The notes under the pieces are model-generated. The model saw only the letters and a program-made list of their open reading frames with translations, had not been told where the DNA came from and searched no databases. DNA of 63,545 nt, the filler included, from Welwitschia mirabilis (taxonomy: Eukaryota), in assembly GCA_051453625.1 (NCBI GenBank). It is 7 parts of one record of this genome, joined end to end, with 100 filler letters (N's around TTAATTAATTAA, not from the genome) between each part and the next. Parts side by side here need not be neighbours in the genome. Positions count along the whole stretch, not along the records: positions 31,985 to 41,633 come from JBOZIK010000001.1; positions 41,734 to 54,456 come from JBOZIK010000001.1; 5 more parts are not named here. One strand, written 5' to 3'. This document shows positions 40,600 to 51,153 of this stretch, piece by piece (position 1 is the first letter of the stretch; the number at the start of each line of letters is the position of its first letter). The position numbers and the translations under genes are program-made.

Positions 40600-41633
40600 T
40601 ATTGAATTTTTTTCTTATAGGTTATGCAATAAACAAAAAATAAAAACATGTTCTTTGTCTTTAAGGGCACTTAGATTACATAATTTACATGTTCACTCTT
40701 CTCTGGACATGCTATTCCATCTTTCACTTTTGATTCTAAGATAATGTAAACTTAATCAAACTTTAATAATAAGGCTATGCATCTTCATTTGGATTTTTGC
40801 TATGAGATAGTAAACTAGTGAATTAAACCGATTATAGTGAATATGCTCAAAATAAAATTTCCTCTTGCCTTATACATTTTTCTATAATTTTATTAAGACA
40901 TGTTTCTTGATGAATCTATGAATCTTCATGGAATTGATTTGGGCATTATCCCAAGAAATATCCCACTTTTTTAGCCACTATATTTCTTGAAAATACCATC
41001 CTTTCTCTTTTGTAGCTTCAAGAACTACTCTTGAAAATTTCAGTTACCCTGCTTCCATGAGCTTTANNNNNNNNNNNNNNNNNNNNNNNNNNNNNNNNNN
41101 NNNNNNNNNNNNNNNNNNNNNNNNNNNNNNNNNNNNNNNNNNNNNNNNNNNNNNNNNNNNNNNNNNNNNNNNNNNNNNNNNNNNNNNNNNNNNNNNNNNN
41201 NNNNNNNNNNNNNNNNNNNNNNNNNNNNNNNNNNNNNNNNNNNNNNNNNNNNNNNNNNNNNNNNNNNNNNNNNNNNNNNNNNNNNNNNNNNNNNNNNNNN
41301 NNNNGCCTAAATTCCTAATTAACTACATTTATCTTTTATAGCATAGAAAGCTTTAATTCCACTTGCTATCCTCTCTTTAATGCATTTGTCCCATCTATAG
41401 TTATTAGAGTAACAAAGACCTAAGTATTGAAAAGCTTCTACTATTTCAATTTTCTTTCCAATGAATTTAAAATTAAATCAGGTGTTCTTGGTTTTCCAAA
41501 TCATCAATTTAGTTTTTTTTTTTTTTTGTATTTACTATTAAAGTAGAGGATTGGCAAACATTTTCCAATTTTTAAAGCATGTTTTTCATATCTCTTTCTA
41601 AACTAGAAATTAAAACTTCATCATCTGTATAAA
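40600..41633 (-). mobile_element. Non-LTR retrotransposon ORF2 3' half (RT plus C-terminal CCHC), RTEX-like
   Basis: LYTDDEVLIS..VN..KTKLMIW..IEIVEAFQYLG..W..CIKERIASGIKAFYA (41633-41340) and LSLHYLRIKSERWNSMSREE*TCKLCNLSALKDKEHVFIFC (about 40755-40630). Gap at 41067-41303. Confidence 0.7.
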
Positions 41634-44569
41634 NNNNNNNNNNNNNNNNNNNNNNNNNNNNNNNNNNNNNNNNNNNNTTAATTAATTAANNNNNNNNNNN
41701 NNNNNNNNNNNNNNNNNNNNNNNNNNNNNNNNNATACCACTAGATGTCACAGTTAAAGTGACATGGCTATCCAAGAATGAAAACAACATATCACGCATTA
41801 ATTGCACTAAGTAATATAACAATATATGTCTTTATATTAAGGATTATAACTTTACCAAGGGTTACTTATAATATTAATCAATTATAATGTTATTATTAAT
41901 CAATAACGCATATTTTATAACATCGTGTCTTATAAGATTATGGATTTGAAAACATGTCACAATATATAACTCATAAACTTCTATTATTATGGGAAATTTA
42001 ATCATGTTATGATGTAGGTCCTTAATTCATATTTTTCACTACAATCCATAGAGAATGTAATACATCGCTTCAACAATATTTAACTCATTTGAATAATGGT
42101 GTATAGGCATGCAATATACAACTTAACATTTAGTCTTTATTCCATATTAACAACATTTCCAAGAGACATGTAATATCTTCAATCCATGTCATACTACTAT
42201 TAAACACCATAACTATATGTATAAGACCATAAATTATATCATAAGTTATGGAATGTTATGTTCATGATGCTTATACTAGGTTTAGATAATGTTTTCAAAA
42301 TACATGATTCCATAACATCATTTATTAGTGTCTTAATATAGAAAATTTTAATACTTCATATTTATTGCATTCCTTTTACAAATCGTAACACAACATCAAC
42401 ATTCCTCACATGAGATAGCATGAAGATTATACTTCTCCCATTTTAAAACACTGGTATGAGTAATGACACATATCTTAAAAGTCTAGCTTAGACAAAACAT
42501 CAATATAGAAATATATTTGTAGGTTTCATTTTGTTGAATCATGCTTTTAACTTCTTTAACTTATTAAGCTTATTAGCAAAACTTCATAGCCTTTGTTCCA
42601 TTACTTATTAACCTTTGCATGTACGCTTCATGGTACCAAATTTAAGTCATCACATAACCTTTATAAGGTTCTTAATATATTAACTATTTTTTCTAGCTAA
42701 TGTAAGATGAAATAGTTTTCAATGAAACATTACTTATAAATGTTTGAAACAACATTTTGTATAATATAATTTTATGTATAATGCATCCTATTAGTCAATA
42801 GTACTTGTGAAAAATTGTACCATGCTTAGAAATTTGAAAATTACATAGATCCTCTATAACGCAATTAGAATAAGGAGATTTATTCCCACTCATTTTAATA
42901 TTTTAGTGGATTTTCTTCTTCAACCTCTTCACTTTCACAATGAGGCTTTGTAATACGTTCTATAGTAAGTGCTAAAGGTTAAAGAGCTCTAGCCAACTCT
43001 TCCACTAGTTTTGACAGTGCAATTTCACTAAGCTCGGTTTTCTCCTCCTCAAATTGCTAAATTCTTTGTTATAACTCAATATTGGTTCCTTCTATTATGA
43101 TATATATTTGCGTTTATTTACAAGTTCATTTGTTATATTTTTTATGAACTTTTTTAGTTTTGTATTTTCTTTTAGGAGCTAATTGGTTAAAACTTCTTTT
43201 GCCCCAAGTTGCTTATTATGTTGCTTCACTTCCATCTTTTAGGCTCTAGATGCTTTAGCTTTATATTTGTCAATCTTAGTGGCAAAGGAAGATGGAAGCA
43301 TGTTTAGCTTCTTTCTTCTTCTTCTTTAACACTTTAACTAAAGAGTTTGATGTGGCTTTCAACTATTTTATATCTTTCCTTTGATTTCTTAGGTACATGA
43401 ATAGTAGAATATATTTGGCCTAACTTTCTAATAAAATGGTAAGAGTTACATTATCATATCTAAGATAATAGGATATAGATTTAAGTAACTCATCCTTTAG
43501 CTCATCCATTATAAGATCTTCCTTTTTTTAATCTAAGAAATGGGCTTTTTCTGTAGTTTTGTTTAGTTATGTTTACAACTGATGGATGTTATAAAGAGAA
43601 GATAGAAATTTTAATAAAATGTTTATTCATGTCCAAATATAGATAGGACTCATGAACAATGGTATTGGTAAATTCATATAACTATTTGTTAACTTTTATT
43701 AAACTTCACAAACCCAAATTCAATAATTTTAGTTCTTCTTAAATAGACCCTTCAAATATGGTTTATTTTCTTTTGATTTACCTTCATAGTCCCATTTGAT
43801 GTCATGGAACTTAGGATAATAGCCTCTAATAACTACACTTTATTAGGAACTAGAGTCTTAAATTGTCAAAAATCAAGTGGCTGAATTGATTGTTCAAATG
43901 CATGGGACTTGGTTGACTATGTAACAAGGAGTTAAACTTATACTATGGCTCTAGCAATAGGTTTTTGACCCATGTAGAGTTTTCTAGATAAATTTTAACA
44001 AGAAGGATAAAAAAGGAATTATTCTCTTAAAGTCACTTCTGGGATAAAAAATTAACCTAACATTTTATAAAGCCCTTTCTTAAGGGTTTGCCTCCTCTTT
44101 TTTTAGTGTTATTCTTCAAAGACAAACTATCATGACCATTAGAATTATGTTATATTAGAATTGTTAACATGTTTTGTTTAGTAGCTTATTGCTTTGGAAT
44201 TACCTCAATGTTATAGAATAATTTCATTACAATAACTTAATAATAAGAAATGTTGTTTCTCATTTGATGGCACTTCAAGAGATACCACAACTTATACCAC
44301 AACATTATCTTTTTATTATTACTTAAGATAATTTTTTAATTAATGAGCACCACTGCCATTCTACAAGGCTCATTTAATAATTCTATGCAAGTATTCTATG
44401 GCTTAAATAGGCTATCCCAAATTTGATGTGAGTATTTTTTAAAGAATCTCTTTATTCTCTCCATCTTAGTATGATTTAAGATATTCAATTTAATTTGGAA
44501 TGGGTGGAAAGGAATGAAATTAAAATCATAAATCATGCTTCTAATAAGATCAATATCCAACAAAACCTT

Positions 44570-45132
44570 TTGGTATCTTCCTTGTGTGTGATCCAAAATA
44601 GATTTATCCTTTTATGTACCTACCATAAGTTTTATAAGTGCTCTGTCTATTTCATCAACTATCAGTAAATAATAATTATATAATTTAAGGCTCTTCAAAT
44701 GGTTAACTTATTCCATATTGTTAGGATCTAAAATGAACTTAAATTCATTTTTTGTGGATACATAACTTCGAATTACTACTATTATTTTTTCCCCTGACGT
44801 AAAGGGATTTGGGACAAATGAGCTTAAAACAAGTATGTTTATAACAAGATCAATGCCCAATAGGACCTATTGGTATCTTTCTTGTATGTAATATAGAAGA
44901 TTTTCATCCTTATATCTTCCTAATGTGAGTTTTATAAGTAATTTATCTATTTCATTATTTGGAAGTAAATAATAATTATATAATCTAAGGCTTTTCAAAT
45001 GCTTCACTTGTTCCATATTTTTAGGACTTATAGTGAACTCAAATTCATTTGTTATGAATGCATAACTTAGGATTATAACTATCGCTATTTTTTTTATTAA
45101 CATAAAGGAGGGATTGGAACAAATGAGCTCAT
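44570..45132. repeat. Diverged tandem duplication, about 300-bp unit x2
   Basis: ttggtatctt.cttgt at 44570 and 44870; agtaaataataattatataat.taaggct.ttcaaatg and acaaatgagct present in both units. Confidence 0.9.
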
Positions 45133-46169
45133 AACAGGGATGGTTAGAATAGAGAAAGTTTCTTTAATAATGTCAGAACCATCTTTGGGGATGAACTCAT
45201 GGAGCTGTATGCTAAAACGATCAAGGAAAAATACAACAAAGAAACTATAAAGAAGGCACAAAGGAAATTTATCACAAAGAATTTATGGATCACCCTACAA
45301 CTCAAAACCACATGTAAGTGACTTTGGCCATTGAATAACCATTAGTATATAGCCTCTTATTCACTTATCCTCAGGTAACATACTACTTTCATATCGAATG
45401 TATACCTCCATAGAATAGCCTTCTTAACTAGATTGTCAATTAGACATTGAACAACTTATTCTATCTTATTAATTAGGGTAGCTAGGTGGCATCTCCTTAT
45501 GGACAAACATGTTCTATTATCCTATTATCATACATGCAAAGAGACTGAATCTTAATTTTGAATATGATACCATAGTAAGTTTGTGATTAAGTGGATCTTC
45601 ATCCATTGAAAATGAATCTTCATAATGGAATTGCATTGTTGGTGCATGTTGAGGTATGAATTACTTAGATAAGGTTAATCACACAACACCATTAGATTTC
45701 ATACTCAGAATGATGTGGCTATTCATGTAGGCAAAGAAATCACTACACATTTATAACACTAGATAATCTAACAATATATAACTTTGGTATGAAGGGTCAA
45801 TACCTTACTAAGGATTACTTATAATACTAAAGAATTATAATTTTATTATTACACATGATCTTATATTTGCTAATCAATAGAAATAAGGATAAAATCATTT
45901 ATTTTAAGAAACATATATAGGCTGAAGATCCATAGATTTCATCTCTAACAGATGAAAATATGTAGGCTAAAATTCTTTGCTTTAAATACATGAACTAATA
46001 GTATGAAACAGATGATAATTTGCTATCTAGTATAAACCATTAAAAAAAACTAAAGTAAATAAATGCTATTTTAAATCTTAAAATAAAAGAATTTCCATAA
46101 GTACATTAAAGAGAGGTAAAGAAGAAGATAGCAAAAATTTCTGAGTATAAAAACCTTCTTCTAAAAGAG

Positions 46170-46385
46170 CTATTCTAAATATATAAAAGGAAAACACTGA
46201 CCAAACATAAATATGCAGAGAGTTTTTATTTATTGTTTTATCTGTTCTATACAAATAGCAAGAAAAAGCTAAGAGAATATAAATATGCATGGACTTTTCA
46301 TTTATTGTTTTTAGTCGTTCCATGTAAATAAAAGAAAAGAGGTAAGAGAATATAAATATGCATAGATTTTGCATTTATTATTCTT
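46170..46385. repeat. Diverged minisatellite, about 72-73-bp unit x3
   Basis: ataaatatgca...tttatt recurs at about 46207, 46279 and 46352. Confidence 0.85.
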
Positions 46386-46689
46386 AGGGTTACATATTTT
46401 TAGGGGAAGGAGTGATGTTGTGATGCCTAATAATGATCATGAACAAATGATTAACTGCATGGCATTATTTCTCTAAGCCAATTATTACTTTTTCCCTTAA
46501 TTTTTATTCTTATTTTATGCATAAAACTATTGTAGCAATAAACTATAGTGCATGAGGAATAAAATGTTGTCTAAAAGGTGTTTGTTCTCTCAAAATAAGA
46601 TAACAACATTTAAACTAACATAATAAATGAAAAAAATTATGTTTTTAGGGCTATCCTATGGTCATTCATACTTCCTTAGAGCTTGCTGA

Positions 46690-46875
46690 GGTGTTAAAAG
46701 TTTAATTAGTGTAACACTTGTCCTTAATTCAAAAAGTTACAAGTTTGAACCTTCAGATGTTTTGCTTGGTATACTATGAGGCTTTGTGCAATTCAATATT
46801 TTATTTAGGAGATTGTGGTGGTTGTACTTTTACAGGAGGAATGGTTAGTAAAAGTTTTGAAGTTCACCATCCCTT
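46690..46875 (+). mobile_element. Putative tRNA-derived SINE, copy 1
   Basis: Collinear with 48335-48520; B-box-like gtttgaacc at 46743 and A-box-like gtttaattag upstream. Confidence 0.45.
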
Positions 46876-46959
46876 CATACTTGATTAGCAAAAATGTAAT
46901 GTATAAGTATTATCCAAGTCCTACTAATTTTTTCATATTTGCAATATTTTATTATTATA

Positions 46960-47500
46960 TTATTTATATTTTATCATTATAAATGCTATCTATATTCTTA
47001 AAATATGTTGTACTTTTGTTAAAAATATTATGGTCTAAACTTCAAGTTATATATGATTCTACTTGTGCAATTAATCTTCGATTCATATATAACTGGTCCA
47101 CCATGAAATAAACCATCTTTGTTATGCCTGAACATTTTTTTTGACTTAAAAACTTTATATTTAGCCATATGTATTCATTTTCCTTTTAATAATGTCAAGG
47201 ATTTATGAAATATACCACATCTATTGATGTGCTTAACACAACAATTTATAGAAAGAAGAGATATTAGTATTTCACCTTGTTTTCCTAAATCATTCAACTC
47301 ATCTAATCATAAAATAATGTAAATTTTATATAAAGATACCTCTAGTGAATTCTTTTCCTTACTATAGAACTTGCTTAATAAGTTAACATAATATATTTAT
47401 TTAAATTGAGTTTTTTGATGCTTGAGAAAATGATGAAAAAATCAACTCCCTTATTTTCTAGTGAGAGTGATAAGCATGCTTCTTTCTTTGGTGGATAGGA
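46960..47500 (-). mobile_element. Very old copia RT remnant, copy 2
   Basis: Homologous to 38400-38940, with residual GVDFF..FS and ENKVK motifs on the minus strand. Confidence 0.45.
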
Positions 47501-48334
47501 TTGTAGATTTTGCTAACTAAACTCAAGACACATATGAGGGTAGATTACAATATTAGTAAAAATACCTTCGCATGCATTGAGTATAATTAAAGTAACTAGA
47601 TTGAATATCACATACAAATTTACTAATATGAATTCCTGCTTAGCTTGGAATTGCTCAGGTCCTAGATAACTAGAAATTCTTTTTAAGGTAGTTACGGGCT
47701 TGAGCATAAAACTTTTTATTTCTAGTTATGGTTTAATATTCTTTAGTTAGGTTCTCCTAAGGTTCTTACTACCCTTGTTTAAGTATATTAAATGCCTCAT
47801 GGTACGTTTAAATTTTTTGTAATATGGCTTCTTCATGAAGTATTATCATCTTCCTTCGTTTAAAATCTTTTCTTGATTTTTTCTTGCTCATCTTAATTTA
47901 CAATACAATATTTTCCTCCATGTAAATTTTTATTTAAAAATAAGAAATTAGATTTTTAATATCATATATATAAATATTAATTTGGCTAAAAATTTCTTAA
48001 TATTATATGGGCCTTACATGAAATATTTAAATCATTTAATGAGGTGAATATATTATGAATGTTTTCCTTCTCTAATTTTTATACTTATTTTATTCATTTC
48101 AGATTAATAAGTTGTTTTTGTTTTTAATTATAATAATCTAGCAATTTTAATGTCAAGAGGTATAATATTATTTGATGAACAAAAGGCATTTGATATCTTG
48201 ACCTTAGCCTAAAACATTTAAGTGTTTTGGTGTTATCATACCTAAGATCGGGAATAAAACTAATGTAATTAAACCAAAAAATTGTCCTTTAATGACTATG
48301 TTAGAGTAAATCATACTTCATTAGTTCTTGCCAA

Positions 48335-48520
48335 GGGCATCATGGTTTAATTTGCAGGAAACTCATCCTCCATTCAAAATCTTATTAGTTTGAACCTCTG
48401 GATGTCTTTTTTAGCATACTATAAGGATTGGATGTAATTAAATCACTCGTTTAGGGGATCGTGGTGAAGTACTTTTAAGGGAGATAGGGTCACCAAAAAT
48501 TCTGAGTTCAACATCCCCCT
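48335..48520 (+). mobile_element. Putative tRNA-derived SINE, copy 2
   Basis: tggtttaatttg (A-box-like) and gtttgaacc (B-box-like, 48388) at tRNA-like spacing; homologous to 46690-46875. Confidence 0.5.
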
Positions 48521-49149
48521 TTCTTCATTAGATCCTATATGTGTTAAATAACCTGCAAACCTTCAAGCTAACAAAGGAATCTGAGATATTTAAAACTAGA
48601 GGCATATATGTGTTGGACAACTAGTCAACATTTACGAATTAAGAAACTTAGAATAGATGGCTTATTGGGTTGTTACAAATTTCCTTTTCAGTATTATAGT
48701 AAAGCACTAAAGCATTATATTTACATGTGTCATTGTCAAGTACTTTCAAAATGTTTAAATTTATTTTCCTTCTTACAATTTGAGCTGTAAAAGGTTTGTA
48801 TTTCATGGTAACTCTTCATTCCATTCTTTTATTGTTGGGGTGAAAGACCATTTACAACTATACTAAAACTAGCAAATTATTGCATGACTTATACCGTATA
48901 ATAATTAAGTTTTAGAAAACAATAGAAATCTATGTATTACTATAGTTATTTGTCGTAATGCTCGAGAAATATCTTATAATACACTATTACTCTCAGTGAC
49001 AAAATATCATATAGTACAATATTACCGTTGATTATTCGTGATGTACTAAGCTTTGAGCAACATGCCTTTGACTTTTAGCAGTTAGTATGAGTATTTCTAA
49101 GGAAAGAATAGATTCTGAAATTGACAGGTTTAACATTATGAGACAAATC

Positions 49150-50602
49150 TTAATACGTATGCAACGAATTTAAACGTAAATTTGTCGCACATGACTTGGA
49201 AAAAAATATCTTCGTTTCCCATGACGTGGACACTTCGGGGAAATGAAAAAGAGTGTGCATTACAAGGAAAAGTACACTCCAATTTAAGATAAAGCGCGTC
49301 ATTAGCCAATCGAAATTTCGGAACCACGATTAAAGTATCGTGCATTTAAGAAAGGGTAGGATTCTTTACTGTTTAACTGGCGTCCCCGGACGTTCCTTGG
49401 GTAATTTTCAGAATTCCGCGAGGCGTCACGAGAAAGGATTACACCGTCTTCCGCGGCGGAATTTGTAGACAAAATCGTCTGCGACAACCATGGTAAGACA
49501 AAACAAGACCGGCGAGATACCGGTCAACAGCCGTGGGATCATCCACACGCAGCGAACGACTCAGAAACCGATGGCAAATATCCAAGGAAAAAGCAGTAAC
49601 GCTTTAAAAGCAAGGCAAATGTGATCGGTGACGTGAAGGAACCGAACAGAATGAGAACACCTCCATAAGACGCAGAGAACGGACACAACGGAATGTAGCT
49701 CTGCTACGGTGAACGAAACAGCTCTATAAATACCGAAAGCTGTTAAAGATGTACAGAGAAAGCTTCTTTTCTAGAGAGTCTGACTGCTTTCAAGATATAT
49801 GAAAGTTTTATTTTTGGTAATGGTCGTTGATTGACAGGGAAAGGGAGAAAAAGGAGGAGGAAGAAAGGCGAGAGATCATTTTCAGGTTTCATTCTCTCGT
49901 TTACAGAAGGCGGATAACTAAAAGTTTCACGAAAGGTAACGGAAAGAGTAAAAACTTGAAATTTTTCGCGATTTCTTTTGCAGCTCGAGACAAAATTTGT
50001 GAATTAAAAGCGAGTATTATATATATTGTATTTGTATTGATGTGTGTGGAGAAGAAGCTAAAGAGGACCAGATGACGCAGGCCCCTCCTTCAAGCCAAGG
50101 TCGGTGCCCCGACGAAGAAGCTATATGCCGTTTCCTTTCGCCTTCGCTCCTTCCTTCATGGCTTCTTCAAAGCCCTCGCATTGTCTTTGTGCTTCAACAA
50201 CAGCGCAAGGTATGTATCTGTTTCTTCTTTCGCTGAATTTGTTTCATTTAAGGTGTTGTTTCATCATTCTGCATTCAGATTCTGGCCTCATGACATCCGT
50301 CGATGATGTCTTTTAAATGTTTTCCAAATTCTTTGGATCGCTTTGCCACTTCATTTCATTTTCCTTTTTGTTAATGTCTTTTTCTGATTGCGCCAGTTAC
50401 AGTCTGAGCCTCGTCCAGAAGAGCTTCTTCTGGAGGTAGTCGCTTTCGCGGTTTATCTGTCTTTAGAACCAGTGAAGAAGCTCTGGAATTGCGGATTTCG
50501 GATTTTGAGGTCTTCAAGACAACGTTTGCAGGTTTTTGTTCTTTTCCTTTTTGGCTAGTGTGATCTCGTCATTTTGATTTCTCGTCCGCCTCCGCGTGGC
50601 CT
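49150..50602 (+). promoter_or_regulatory. CpG-rich promoter and 5' leader of the Raf-like kinase gene; candidate TATA at 49725-49732 and candidate leader intron(s)
   Basis: Abrupt rise in CG dinucleotides. ctcTATAAATA; donor caag|gtatgt at 50210; acceptors at 50396/50402 and tttgcag at 50531. Confidence 0.55.
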
Positions 50603-51153
50603 ATGAATTTGGGGCCAAACACGTCCAAGTCCGCCGCGGCACCACCGTCCTCAGAGGAATTATTGCAGAGGCTCAATGACTTGGAGACGAGTCATGCTCA
50701 TTTGAAGCGAGAGATGTCCATGCTGATCGTGAATCATGATTCTAACCTTCCTCTGGCCGAAGGACGCCAGGCTGCAACTATTGGCTTGTCAAGTGAATTG
50801 TCGGTTCATCAGAGCGGAAGTGCTTCAAGAAGAGTACGCGAGATGGCTGCGTCGTCTTCGCAGCGATCATATTCTGTGTCGCCTCCGCGTTCTAGATTGG
50901 CAGCTTCGAGAAGGGACAGTTTCGATTCTCCTGGAAAGGCAGGTCAAGGGCCAGGGATAGAGCAGAGTGGAATTCGTCACGCCTCTCCTTTGCGAAGATC
51001 ATCTGGCTTATCTCGAGCAGGAAGCGCAATCTCGAGAAGCGTGTCAGATGTCCCACTTATGCAGCGTTTCAGCGACAGGCAATACGTCAATGTTCTCCAT
51101 TCCCTGGGTCAGGCTGTTCATATCGTGACTGCTTCTGGGGAGATTACATACTG
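50603..51153 (+). CDS. PAS-domain Raf-like MAPKKK (B2 group, RAF10/11/12-like), coding exon 1
   Basis: EELLQRLNDLETSHAHLKREMSML N-terminal motif and FSDRQYVNVLHSLGQAVHI..GEITYW (start of PAS). Phase-2 donor TG|gtaag at 51153/51154. Confidence 0.92.

Noticed and set aside
41900..42900. Possible MuDR/SWIM transposase remnant on the minus strand
   Set aside because: Only a faint VVNME.R / IAC resemblance; too decayed to support.
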